Assembly: GCA_033723415.1 (NCBI GenBank)
Contig: JAWVXD010000010.1
Location: 1-64,000 of the forward strand
Reading direction: 5' to 3'
Source: Sulfurospirillaceae bacterium
GTDB lineage: Bacteria; Campylobacterota; Campylobacteria; Campylobacterales; Sulfurospirillaceae
Length of the DNA stretch: 64,000 nt
How positions within the stretch are numbered: position 1 is the stretch's first letter; every line of letters starts with the position of its first letter. The notes beneath the pieces are model-generated. The model was not told the origin of the DNA and searched no databases. It worked only from the letters and a program-made list of their open reading frames with translations. Of this stretch, positions 45,358-55,272 are shown piece by piece. A program made the translations under genes and the position numbers.

Positions 45358-45675
45358 TCAATCATTGATATAAGAACAGCAATAATCGGTGATGGTTTTG
45401 ACTCTCAATGAAAATTTTGAATTTGCTTTGACTTGAAATTCATCGCCTTCGGCTACACTTTTCCATGAACTTTCATCAGGTAACAGGATCTCCAAATCTC
45501 CTGCCAAGATCTCAATGATCTCTGCTTGTTCTGTTCCAAATTCATAGTTTCCAGGCATCATGATGCCTAAAGTCTTTCTTTCTCCATCTTCAAATAAAAC
45601 CGTACGGCTTGTAACCTTGCCGTCAAAATATACATTTGCTTTTTTTATAATGCTGACATTTGTAAAACGATCCAT
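45358..45675 (-). CDS. ppnP: pyrimidine/purine nucleoside phosphorylase
   Basis: [21 protein letters not shown] and DYCCSY motifs. Confidence 0.88.
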   Translation of the reverse strand: MDRFTNVSIIKKANVYFDGKVTSRTVLFEDGERKTLGIMMPGNYEFGTEQAEIIEILAGDLEILLPDESSWKSVAEGDEFQVKANSKFSLRVKTITDYCCSYIND

Positions 45676-45809
45676 AAGAATATCCTTCTGATTTTTTGAA
45701 AATTATAGTGAGATACTGCTTAAAAAGCGAAGAGTAAAAAGGAAACCTCTAGTAGAAAATTGTTGGCACAAAAAGAGCAAGCCTTTAAGACCTGCTCTTC
45801 TTTGCAACA

Positions 45810-46601
45810 CTACAATGCCTTAACAAGTCCGCCATCCACAAGCATGGTTTGTCCCGTTATGTATGTGTTTGCCCCAGAACATAAGAATACGACCAATTTT
45901 GCTAATTCCTCAGGCTTACCGTAGCGTCCCATCGGGATTGATTTTTCTGTCGATGCGCGCAATTCTTCATAGGTCATCCCTAGTTTTTTCGCCCGCATTT
46001 CATCAAGCTGCGCAACACGGTCTGTGTCAATCCGACCTGGTCCAACAGTGTTGATCAGTATATTATCCTTTGATAATTCCTGAGATAAGCTTTTTGCCAA
46101 TCCCACAACACCCACACGAAAGGTATTTGAGAGGATTAGGTTATCTAAAGTCTGCTTGATAGAAGAGGAAGTGAAATTCACGATATGCCCGCCCCCGCTT
46201 TTTCTCATGCTTGGCAATACCTCGCGAATTAATCGTATGTAACTAAGTAAATTTAATTCAAAAGCTTTTTGCCATTGCTCATCTTCGAAGTTATCAAAAC
46301 CTCCGGCAGGAGGTCCGCCTGAGTTATTTACCAATACATCCACTGAATGATACTTAGAAACCGTTACCTCGACCAAGTTTTTAATAGACGCATAATCAGT
46401 GATATCACATATGACATAATCAACATTTGGATTACCGCTTGCCTCTATTATCTCTTTCACGGTCTCTTCGAGTAACTTTTCATTTCGACTTGATACCATA
46501 ACATTGGCACCTTCTTTTGCAAACTCAAGAGCCGTCGCCTTTCCTAGACCATTGCTACTCGCTGTCACGATAACAGTCTTTCCCTTTAATTTCATATCCA
46601 T
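45810..46601 (-). CDS. SDR family oxidoreductase
   Basis: [14 protein letters not shown] and S..N..R atypical SDR motifs. Confidence 0.88.
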   Translation of the reverse strand: MDMKLKGKTVIVTASSNGLGKATALEFAKEGANVMVSSRNEKLLEETVKEIIEASGNPNVDYVICDITDYASIKNLVEVTVSKYHSVDVLVNNSGGPPAGGFDNFEDEQWQKAFELNLLSYIRLIREVLPSMRKSGGGHIVNFTSSSIKQTLDNLILSNTFRVGVVGLAKSLSQELSKDNILINTVGPGRIDTDRVAQLDEMRAKKLGMTYEELRASTEKSIPMGRYGKPEELAKLVVFLCSGANTYITGQTMLVDGGLVKAL

Positions 46602-46616
46602 AGTCTCTGCCACCTT

Positions 46617-47492
46617 TTAGTTGTTATTTTTTAAATCAATCACATTATTTTCAAGCTTTTCAAAACCTTCAATATGACAAGCCACCACATCTCCATCTCG
46701 AATCACGACTGCTCCTGGAGTACCCGTAGATATAATATCTCCCGGTAACAAGGTCATGACTTTAGAGTGAAAAGAAACTAAGTTCCATGGTTGAAAGGTC
46801 ATATTTGCGACGATATTTTCGCGATGCAGTTTTCCATTGATCACAGTAGAAACATTTAGGGCTAAGACATCCTTAACCTCATCCTTTGTAACAAGCTGCG
46901 GTCCAAAGCTAAAAAATGTATCAAAACTTTTTGATCGCGTTAAATAACGTGGGTTTTTTTGCAAAATATCTTCTGCCGTCATGTCTATGATCGTGGTGTA
47001 TCCCGCGATAACATCCTGCGCATCTGCTTCTTCGACATTTTTGCATTTCTTACCAATAATGATCCCCAATTCTGCTTCCGCGGTTGTCCTGCTAGACTGA
47101 ATCGGAATCTCAATCGTGTCATTCGGACCGATGATCGTCGTATCGGGTTTCATGAAACTTGCCGGTTCCGTATTGGGGGCAACTTCACTTAAATCAGCTG
47201 CATGTTCTTTATAGTTTAGTCCGATTCCCCATATTTTATGAGGATAGCGATATAACGGACCATAATCGACATTTTTTAAGGAAAGAGGTTGGAGCGCTTC
47301 GAGCTCCTTTTCTCCCGTACTATCAAACCAGGCGACCATCTCATCGAGTGCTCCTTCTTGAATCAAATCAAAAACAGATACGGGCCACTTCATCTTCAGC
47401 ATTTCATTGATCAAGGAAATGGGATATACTCCCTTCTTCGTTATTACCGCTGCTTCTTCTTCCTGATTAACTTTGATAGTTCCTAATCGCAT
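46617..47492 (-). CDS. fumarylacetoacetate hydrolase family protein
   Basis: GLNY..H, EAEL, KSFDTF and GDIISTGTP motifs. Confidence 0.9.
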   Translation of the reverse strand: MRLGTIKVNQEEEAAVITKKGVYPISLINEMLKMKWPVSVFDLIQEGALDEMVAWFDSTGEKELEALQPLSLKNVDYGPLYRYPHKIWGIGLNYKEHAADLSEVAPNTEPASFMKPDTTIIGPNDTIEIPIQSSRTTAEAELGIIIGKKCKNVEEADAQDVIAGYTTIIDMTAEDILQKNPRYLTRSKSFDTFFSFGPQLVTKDEVKDVLALNVSTVINGKLHRENIVANMTFQPWNLVSFHSKVMTLLPGDIISTGTPGAVVIRDGDVVACHIEGFEKLENNVIDLKNNN

Positions 47493-47687
47493 CGTTACAC
47501 GCTCCTTTGTTATTTGATTTTGTATTTAAGTTCTGTTAGCGAGTCCTGTTATGTTTCTTAGTACTATGATAACTGATTTTGAGAATTTTGTATTGTATGA
47601 TATTGACTTTTTTATTGGATTGATAAAAAGTGATGAAAATTTGACTGCAGAGTGAACAAGTAGCCTGCAATATTTCTCACTGTTCAT

Positions 47688-47783
47688 GAGCATTTTCTCT
47701 TCTTCTACTGAAAGGTAACGCTAATTGCCGATTTCTATATCGAGTTTAAAACTGCCGATGCTAATTCTTTTCAAATTTAAAAC
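47688..47783 (-). pseudogene. 3' fragment of an RsuA-family pseudouridine synthase
   Basis: VLNLKRISIGSFKLDIEIGN*RYLSVEEEKML, with TAG where the family has an aromatic residue (W/Y). Confidence 0.6.
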
Positions 47784-48011
47784 AATTAAGGGTGTTCCAA
47801 ATTTTGGGTTTTTGAGTGCCCCAAAAGATCATAAACTGTTTTTCTCCCAAGATCATCGGAGCGAGTGACTAGAGAACCCTTAGGCTTATTGAGTGCTAAC
47901 AGTATTTTCGAATCGTTCGTTGTTACATTCATGAGGTCTATTTCCTTAGGTGCTTTTTAGAGGCTCTTAAATTAAGATTGTTTTCTAGAATTCTTGGGAC
48001 AGTTTAGAATG

Positions 48012-49166
48012 TTACTTTAAATGATAAATACAATATGAATAGATTATTGCAATAGACATAGGCATAAATATTTTCATTAATAACAAAATTTTGTTTATTC
48101 GATTATATATATTTAAATGCTGTTTTGCTTCATCTTTATATTTTTTGAAAAACCATCTCAATATCTTTTTGCTTACAAACCTAATAATTCCTATTGATAT
48201 AATCATGGAAATAAAAAACCCGGTCATAGCTTCTTTTAAAAACAATGATACATTCCCTAAACTTTCCGGGAAATAATAAATGCTTATTACCGTAAATGAT
48301 AGAATATAGACAATAGTAGATATAATTAATATAGATATTTTATCTTTTTTATCACTTTCTTCCGCCATTTTTCTCATTATTTTTTTATACATACTAGGAT
48401 CAGTTGTTTCAATCTCAGAGAGCTTTTCATAATTACTGATATCCACTTCTGGCATTGGCAGTTGAGCTATAATCATAACCCAAGAAAGTATTATTGAAAG
48501 TAGAGAAATTGATATAATTACAATATGTATGTAATGTGATGTTGATGATTGATTAATGACTGATAGAATAACATTAATTTGTATAAACAATGATCCAACA
48601 AGGAAAGCTATAAACAAGAAAATTAAAATTAATGCAAACATAGACATTACAAATAGAGTAAAGCCATGTGGGACGATTGATTTATTTGCTTCCTTATATA
48701 CAAAGCTATCAGAATATTCATCAAGAAATGTATATGAATAATATTTACGAATGTTACTATTTGGAGAAAGCTTTTTCAAACACTCGTTAACTAATCCCTT
48801 GATATATTTTTGATGTGCCGCTAAAATGGTATTAATTGGTGAAAGAACAGAAGCTACAAGTAAAATAAACTCTTTATATTTAGATATATTTTTAAATCCA
48901 TATCCAAGTATTTCAAATTCAGAATCACCAATCTTTTGGGAAATAAATAACGACAACATTAATATAGTATATGCAATACTAATTTGTATCACTATTCGAT
49001 TAATACTTCTTAATTTTTCAGCCAATTTTTCAACATATTTTTCACCAAAATATTCTTGAAATATCTTCTCATCACTTATAATATCTGAAAATTCATCGAG
49101 TTTTCTTGATAGATTAGTCCGCCATTTGATTTGACGCAATTCCATTATATTAGTATCTTTATCCAT
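48012..49166 (-). CDS. hypothetical multi-pass membrane protein, very AT-rich
   Basis: 384-aa ORF, about 7 hydrophobic segments, no recognised motif. Confidence 0.7.
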   Translation of the reverse strand: MDKDTNIMELRQIKWRTNLSRKLDEFSDIISDEKIFQEYFGEKYVEKLAEKLRSINRIVIQISIAYTILMLSLFISQKIGDSEFEILGYGFKNISKYKEFILLVASVLSPINTILAAHQKYIKGLVNECLKKLSPNSNIRKYYSYTFLDEYSDSFVYKEANKSIVPHGFTLFVMSMFALILIFLFIAFLVGSLFIQINVILSVINQSSTSHYIHIVIISISLLSIILSWVMIIAQLPMPEVDISNYEKLSEIETTDPSMYKKIMRKMAEESDKKDKISILIISTIVYILSFTVISIYYFPESLGNVSLFLKEAMTGFFISMIISIGIIRFVSKKILRWFFKKYKDEAKQHLNIYNRINKILLLMKIFMPMSIAIIYSYCIYHLK

Positions 49167-49423
49167 TAATATTCCTATTATGCTAAAATCCTAATCAACT
49201 TTTATTTTTTTTGAAAACAAAACATTATATACATTTTTCTATTGCATAGCAAATTGTGTTACTATGCAAGAATGATAAATGAGAAGATTTCGATGTCGAG
49301 TTTCAAAATAAATACCAGGTATTTACCCAATATGATATAATCTCCTGTTTTTACGAACGAACTTCTTATTTGTTATGAGTTTATAAGAAGTATAGACTTT
49401 AAAAAACTGAATGAGGGAGAATT

Positions 49424-49912
49424 GTGATAGATATCTTTACTTTGCAGTTTGTCTTTGGCTTGCTTGCAACCACGTTTATCGTGACCGGGATGTTTCTAAA
49501 AACGAGAAAAAATATACTGCTTTTAAAGCTTTCAGCAGATATCTCCTGGGTGCTGGCCTTTGTAGTGCAAGGAGCGATGGCTGGGACTATTGCCATGATT
49601 TTTACGACAATGAGGACATTTTTTGGCAGGAACTTTGCACAACTTAGGTCTATCGGTATGTTTCTATGGCTTTGTTCGGTAGTGCTGACTCTTATCTTTT
49701 GGAAAGGCTTTTATGATGTCTTCTCCTTGATAGGACTTACTTTTGTAACCATAGCCGTCTATGTAAACAATCCAAAAATAGTCAAACTTTTTATCATGAT
49801 GGCTGCTATCTCTTGGTGCTTTTATGGATATTTTATAGGATATTTTGAGATTATCCTCTTTGAGTTTTGTATCATAATTGCAGGAATGATCAATATCTAT
49901 AGAAAGAGTTAG
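49424..49912 (+). CDS. YgjV-like inner membrane protein
   Basis: Short hydrophobic repeats, about 160 aa, GGAG RBS. Confidence 0.65.
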   Translation: MIDIFTLQFVFGLLATTFIVTGMFLKTRKNILLLKLSADISWVLAFVVQGAMAGTIAMIFTTMRTFFGRNFAQLRSIGMFLWLCSVVLTLIFWKGFYDVFSLIGLTFVTIAVYVNNPKIVKLFIMMAAISWCFYGYFIGYFEIILFEFCIIIAGMINIYRKS

Positions 49913-49981
49913 ATTAAGATGAAGTTTCTGTGAAACTTAGCAACTTTCACATCCTTCTATTTCTATGAGATAACTTTTCTA

Positions 49982-50395
49982 TCATGATCGGAGTCTTTTA
50001 CCAAGGCTCACGACCTTGTCGGTACTGTAGCCGATCTTATCGTAAAATGCTAAGACTTCCAGATTGGATTCTCTCACTTGGAGATTGATCTTTGGGCAGC
50101 CTTTTTTTATAAGTCGCTGCTCTACTTCAGTCATGAGCTTTCTAGCAACTCCGCATCTACGGGATTTTGGGTCAACCGCGAGGTAGTTTATCCAACCTCG
50201 ATGCCCCTCATAGCCTCCCATGACGGAACCTATTATTTTGCCTTCTTCTTTCAGCACGAGGAACAGATCCGGATCTACTTTCATCTTTCGCTCTATATCT
50301 TTTTTGGGATCATTTTGCGGTGCGAGCAAACCGCATCGACTCCATAGATCGATCACTTCATCCGTGTTTTCGAGTTTAAACTCATCTATGTGCAT
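49982..50395 (-). CDS. GNAT acetyltransferase (YpeA-like)
   Basis: MGGYEGHRGWINYLAV and GCPKINLQVR motifs. Confidence 0.88.
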   Translation of the reverse strand: MHIDEFKLENTDEVIDLWSRCGLLAPQNDPKKDIERKMKVDPDLFLVLKEEGKIIGSVMGGYEGHRGWINYLAVDPKSRRCGVARKLMTEVEQRLIKKGCPKINLQVRESNLEVLAFYDKIGYSTDKVVSLGKRLRS

Positions 50396-50550
50396 GTGTC
50401 ACCTCTTTCTATCCATCTAAAATACTAAATTTTAACATATTATTTCAAATATCTTGATTTTGGTTAGTTTTATAAACAATTGTGCTAACTTGAGTATAAT
50501 TATCAAAAAGAAATTAAAAATGACAACTCTTTGTTTATTGGATTTTTGAT

Positions 50551-51420
50551 ATGAAATTAGCAATTTTTGGCGGAAGCTTTGATCCTCCTCATGTAGGTCA
50601 TGAGATGATCGTGCGTGAAGCTCTGCGTTGTTTGGATATAGACAAACTTTTTGTGGTTCCAACTTATCTCAATCCCCTCAAGCGAGACTCTTTTGCTCCT
50701 GCTTCACAACGTATTAAGTGGCTCTCTCAGATGTTCGCCAGCGAAGAAAAAGTTGAGATACTTGACTTTGAAGTAAAACAACAAAGAAGCGTTTATACGA
50801 TAGAGACCATCAAGTATCTACTTGAAAATTTTGAAATCTCAAAAATATACTTGATCATCGGTGCAGACAACTACGCTATATTCGACAAGTGGAAAGATCA
50901 TGATAAGATAGAGCAGGTTTGCGAGTTGGTCGTAGCTTCGAGAGATGATGCCTTTTATCCAAAAGACTTGAAAAAATTGAATATAAATGCTAATATAAGC
51001 TCCTCCAAACTTCGGGCGCATATGAACGCATCTTTTATCCCAAAAATAATAAGAAATGAAGTTACAGAGTATTACACAAGGAAAAAAATGGAAAAAAGAA
51101 TAGAAAGAATAGTAAATATCTTAGATACCAACAAAGCAGAAAGTATACAGACTTTTGATATGAGCAACAAAGACTATATAGTTGATCACGTTGTTATAGC
51201 GACAACGTTAGGTGAAAGACATGGTTTTGCTTTGCTTAACACACTTAAAGATGAATTGAAAAGTGAAGGTGAAGAATTTCTAAATATAGATGAATCAAGT
51301 GATTGGGTTATCTTGGATATGGGAGATATTTTGGTACATTTGATGAGCCCTCCCTACAGAGAAAAGTATAATATAGAAGAATTTTTAACCAATCGAGAGT
51401 TAGAATTAAATAAACAATAA
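50551..51420 (+). CDS. nadD: fused nicotinate-nucleotide adenylyltransferase NadD / ribosome silencing factor RsfS
   Basis: FGGSFDPPHVGH...ISSS (NadD) followed in frame by KAE.I...WVILDMGDILVHLM...REKYNIE (RsfS). Confidence 0.88.
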   Translation: MKLAIFGGSFDPPHVGHEMIVREALRCLDIDKLFVVPTYLNPLKRDSFAPASQRIKWLSQMFASEEKVEILDFEVKQQRSVYTIETIKYLLENFEISKIYLIIGADNYAIFDKWKDHDKIEQVCELVVASRDDAFYPKDLKKLNINANISSSKLRAHMNASFIPKIIRNEVTEYYTRKKMEKRIERIVNILDTNKAESIQTFDMSNKDYIVDHVVIATTLGERHGFALLNTLKDELKSEGEEFLNIDESSDWVILDMGDILVHLMSPPYREKYNIEEFLTNRELELNKQ

Positions 51421-51433
51421 GATGTAGTTTTTA

Positions 51434-53020
51434 CTACATCTTATCTTTTGCTTCTATTCCCATAAGTCTAAGCCCTACTCTCAAACTCAAAGCAACAGTT
51501 GCAAATATTTTCAAGAATTTATCTTCGTTTGCTTCACCAACCACTCTGTTTTCATTGTAAAATTTATGCAGATTTGAAGCCAACATCTTAAGATAATCAC
51601 TAAGTCTTTGCACTTGTCTACTTGCAAATGCATCTTCTAGGACTTCAGGTAATAAAAGTGCTGTATATAGTAAGTTTATAGCATCTTCACTCAAATCTTC
51701 CAGTTGCACGGATATGATATCTTCGACTTTTTTACCGCTCTTTTCAAAAACTTGGTTTATCCTGGCGTGTGCGTAATTTATATAAAATATCGGATTTGTG
51801 CTGTCATGTTGTTTTAGCATGTCTACATCAAACTCTAGATGAGTATCTGCTTTTTTGCTCAAAAATACAAACCTGAGTGCATCTTTGCCTATGTCATCCA
51901 CAACATCACTCATCAAGATAAAATTACCGCTTCTCTTGCTCATCTTATACGGTTCACCGCCTTTTAAAAGTGAAACCATTTGAGCTAGAATTATCTCTAG
52001 CTTACTCTCATCATAACCCAAGAAGTTGATAGCAGCTTTTACTCTGGCTATATATCCGTGGTGATCGGCTCCCCAGATGTTGATGTATCTGTCATATTTT
52101 CTTTGGAACTTATTGTCATGATAGATGATATCACCGGCCAGGTAAGTTGCTCGTCCATCATCTCTGACAACAACCCTGTCTTTTTCATCACCAAATTCAC
52201 TAGATTTGATCCAAACCTTTGCATCTTTCTCATAAGTTTTATCATGTTTTTGAAGGAGTCTAAAGCTATCATCCCATTTGTCATACAATGATTTTTCACT
52301 CACAAAAAAGTCAAATGAGATACCGACTTGTGCTAGATTTGCTCGAATCAACTCTAACATCATCTCTCTTCCCCAGTCGGCAAGAATCTCTATATTATCT
52401 TCATCTTTAAAAATATCTAAGTTAAAATCTTCAGCAGCTCTACGCGCTAGATCTTGTATATAGTCGCCTCTGTAGAACTCTTCAGGCCAGTTCACGTCAA
52501 GTTTTAGTAAATTTTCACGTCCTGATAGGTAAATAGAAAGACCTAGTAGTCTTATCTGATTTCCGGCATCATTGACATAATACTCACTATCTATGGTGTA
52601 GCCTAAATGCTTTCCTATCTTACACAATGCGTCACCTATGACGGCACCTCTTGCATGACCTATGTGAAGCGGTCCGGTAGGATTTGCACTCACAAACTCA
52701 AGTAAAATGGTCTCATCATTTTCATCTTTTGCAAAATCTTCTTCATGAGAAATCGCCCATGTTGCGTATTCATCCAAAAAAGATTCACTGAGTTTAAAGT
52801 TGATGTAGCCTTTCAATGCAGTAACTTCTTTAAAGATACTGCTTTCTTGGAAATCAAGACACAGCTCTTCAGCGATGATTATAGGTGATTTTTTTAATTC
52901 TTTTGCCAGGGAAAAAGCTATAGGTGTAGCATAATGTCCAAAAGAGAGATCCTTTGGCTTTTCCAAAGAGAACTCCCTGTTTAACTTATCTTTTATATTG
53001 TTTATGATTTTTTTTTTCAA
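51434..53020 (-). CDS. argS: arginine-tRNA ligase
   Basis: SANPTGPLHIGH, KMSKR and YINYAHAR motifs. Confidence 0.96.
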   Translation of the reverse strand: MKKKIINNIKDKLNREFSLEKPKDLSFGHYATPIAFSLAKELKKSPIIIAEELCLDFQESSIFKEVTALKGYINFKLSESFLDEYATWAISHEEDFAKDENDETILLEFVSANPTGPLHIGHARGAVIGDALCKIGKHLGYTIDSEYYVNDAGNQIRLLGLSIYLSGRENLLKLDVNWPEEFYRGDYIQDLARRAAEDFNLDIFKDEDNIEILADWGREMMLELIRANLAQVGISFDFFVSEKSLYDKWDDSFRLLQKHDKTYEKDAKVWIKSSEFGDEKDRVVVRDDGRATYLAGDIIYHDNKFQRKYDRYINIWGADHHGYIARVKAAINFLGYDESKLEIILAQMVSLLKGGEPYKMSKRSGNFILMSDVVDDIGKDALRFVFLSKKADTHLEFDVDMLKQHDSTNPIFYINYAHARINQVFEKSGKKVEDIISVQLEDLSEDAINLLYTALLLPEVLEDAFASRQVQRLSDYLKMLASNLHKFYNENRVVGEANEDKFLKIFATVALSLRVGLRLMGIEAKDKM

Positions 53021-53031
53021 ATTTTGAAGCC

Positions 53032-53250
53032 TTAAGCCTTAGTGTGATCTTCTACATTGTTGTTTTTTTCTGCAGCTTTTTTATCTGCTTCGATTTTTGC
53101 TTCCTCTTCCTCGTCTTCTCTCATAGCTTTTTTGAAATTTTTGATTCCTTTTCCCATACCTTGTGCAAGATCCGGTATCTTTTTAGCACCAAATAGTAAA
53201 ACTACTATCGCTAAAACCACTAATAACTCAGGCATACTTGGCATACCCAT
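53032..53250 (-). CDS. tatA: twin-arginine translocase TatA
   Basis: [11 protein letters not shown]...GIKNFK; start reassigned by AAGGAG RBS. Confidence 0.92.
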   Translation of the reverse strand: MGMPSMPELLVVLAIVVLLFGAKKIPDLAQGMGKGIKNFKKAMREDEEEEAKIEADKKAAEKNNNVEDHTKA

Positions 53251-53357
53251 GGTGTCTCCTTTGTATTTCTTCATCGCACTTAAGCGTTAAGAAGTGTATT
53301 TTAAAATCTAAAAGAAATTATATCGTATTTAAATTAAATGAAGTTTCTATTTTCAAA

Positions 53358-53987
53358 TTATTCGTTTGCCCAAGAGCTTATAAATTCTTCAGTATTTATA
53401 GAAGTGATTTTGTGTTTTGAAGCATACGCTATAGAGATCAAAGCTTCTAGTGCTTTGTCAAACTCGTCATTTATAAGTAGGTAATCATACTCTTTTACGC
53501 GTGTCATCTCTGAGATTGCGTTGTTTAGCCTCTTTTCTATGATCTCTTGACTATCAGTGCCACGCTGTATAAGCCTCTCCCTTAGTATCTCTTGGCTGGG
53601 AGTTGTCAAGAAAATAGAAGTTATGATATTTCCAAACTTCTCTTTTGCTATTTTGTGCCCTTGTACGTCGATATCAAAAACCACCAATTTACCGTTATTG
53701 AGTTCTTTCAATATAGGCTTTAGACTAGTTCCGTAGTAGTTATCATGAACCCGTGCCCACTCAAGGAAATTGCCATCTTCAATATCTTGCTTAAATTTTT
53801 CCCTGCTGATAAAAAAGTAATCTTCTCCCTCAACCTCATCATCTCTTTTGGCTCTTGTCGTAGTTGAGATTGAAAAATATGTGTTTTCTACCCTGCTTAA
53901 CATCTCATGCATCAAAGAACTCTTTCCTGATCCGCTAGGACCGGATATAACCAGGATACTTCCTTTCATAGTCTTAGAGTTCATCAA
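53358..53987 (-). CDS. gmk: guanylate kinase
   Basis: SGPSGSGKS, TTR and YYGT motifs; true start may be a few codons in. Confidence 0.95.
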   Translation of the reverse strand: MMNSKTMKGSILVISGPSGSGKSSLMHEMLSRVENTYFSISTTTRAKRDDEVEGEDYFFISREKFKQDIEDGNFLEWARVHDNYYGTSLKPILKELNNGKLVVFDIDVQGHKIAKEKFGNIITSIFLTTPSQEILRERLIQRGTDSQEIIEKRLNNAISEMTRVKEYDYLLINDEFDKALEALISIAYASKHKITSINTEEFISSWANE

Positions 53988-55212
53988 ATGATATAGAGAT
54001 ATTTACTTTTAGGCCTTTTAGGGCATCTTTTATCTCTTTTTTATCCAAAGCTTTTTTTACGTCCTTCGTTATCGAATTCTGTAATTCTTCTTTTATCTCT
54101 TCAAGATCAACTTTTTCTGGCTCGATCGTAGGTTTTGTATCCATAAAACCTTCTTCAAAAACTCCTACCAAATCTTCCTCACTTAATTCATCAATCGAGC
54201 TCTTCTCAATACTCTCTTGCGGTTTTGTTTCTTCTTCTTGCATATCCAAATCTTCTTCTGCGCTGTTCTCTTCTAAATCTTCTTCCAAGCTTTCAACCGC
54301 ATCATCTTCATCTTCTACAAAAATTTCTTCTTTTATTTCAATTTCATCTTCTTCAATTTCATTTGATTCTTCTTCAAAATCTTCTGTCTCTTCTGTTTCT
54401 TCCGGTTCTTCTTCATCCTCTTGGATATTTTCTTGTGAACTTACAAACTCTTCTTCTGATTCATCAAAAGAAGAAATATCCTCTGTTTCGTCTGATCTTT
54501 CGTCTTCTTCCAGCAACTCTTTTACTTGATTGACTTCATCGCTGTCTAATACGGATGGAGAGTTTTCTTCATCGTCTTGTGAAAATTCTGATATAGATAG
54601 TGTTTCATCGTGCAATTCACTTCCTGAAAATTCTTGTTCTTCTTCATCATCATCATCTTCAAATTCACCAACGGGTATATCTTCATCATCTTCATCATGT
54701 ATAAAATCATCATCACCGTCTATCTTCAATATATTGCTATCAGAAGGAGCCAGTATATCTAGATCATCCAACTCTAAAGCTTGTCCGTCTTCTTGTGTCA
54801 TGTCTTCCAGATCTAATTCACGAAGATAGTCATCATCGTCCAAACCAGCTTCTGGCATATCATCAACATCACTTGCCTTATCCATCTCACTTGATATAGT
54901 TTTATCTATCTTTTTCAGTAGATCAACAAAATCTGTAGGCAAAAATGGTTTTTGTAAAAAATAATCGGCAAATTCAGGTTTTTCAGCTCCTTTTGAGCCT
55001 ATATAAACGACCTTACCTAAATTTCCACTCTCTTTAAGCAGTAAAAATGAATTCTCTTCTACAGAGTCACTATCGGTAATAGTGATGTCAAATGATTTTT
55101 CCAAATCTACACTATCACTGCTGATTTCTTCAATCTCGTAACCTAATTTTTCAGCACTCAAATTTATCAGCTTAGAGACTGCCGGATTATTATTTATTAG
55201 AAGAAGGCGCAC
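53974..55212 (-). CDS. chePep: highly acidic ChePep-like chemotaxis regulator
   Basis: Atypical N-terminal receiver domain (KPFLPT), long D/E-rich region, position directly before gmk-tatA-argS. Confidence 0.7.
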   Translation of the reverse strand: MRLLLINNNPAVSKLINLSAEKLGYEIEEISSDSVDLEKSFDITITDSDSVEENSFLLLKESGNLGKVVYIGSKGAEKPEFADYFLQKPFLPTDFVDLLKKIDKTISSEMDKASDVDDMPEAGLDDDDYLRELDLEDMTQEDGQALELDDLDILAPSDSNILKIDGDDDFIHDEDDEDIPVGEFEDDDDEEEQEFSGSELHDETLSISEFSQDDEENSPSVLDSDEVNQVKELLEEDERSDETEDISSFDESEEEFVSSQENIQEDEEEPEETEETEDFEEESNEIEEDEIEIKEEIFVEDEDDAVESLEEDLEENSAEEDLDMQEEETKPQESIEKSSIDELSEEDLVGVFEEGFMDTKPTIEPEKVDLEEIKEELQNSITKDVKKALDKKEIKDALKGLKVNISISFDEL

Positions 55213-55272
55213 GGTAACTCCTTTATATTTGTCGCTATTTTAGTATAATATAAATTATGATTGCATTAATAA

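Noticed and set aside
45764..45779. TGGCAC-N5-GAGCA, sigma54-like
   Set aside because: Poor -12 element, points antisense into the SDR gene and overlaps a probable terminator stem
31813..50550. Cassette-like run of GNAT, ABM and hydrolase genes suggesting an integron array
   Set aside because: No integrase, no repeated attC (RYYYAAC...GTTRRRY) structure, and mixed gene orientation
53008..53017. T10 tract at the argS start (similar tract in nusB)
   Set aside because: In-frame Lys codons in housekeeping genes; phase variation in this group typically uses poly-G/C
54100..54900. TCTTC/TCATC low-complexity periodicity
   Set aside because: Explained by Glu/Asp codons of the acidic protein; not a CRISPR or tandem DNA repeat
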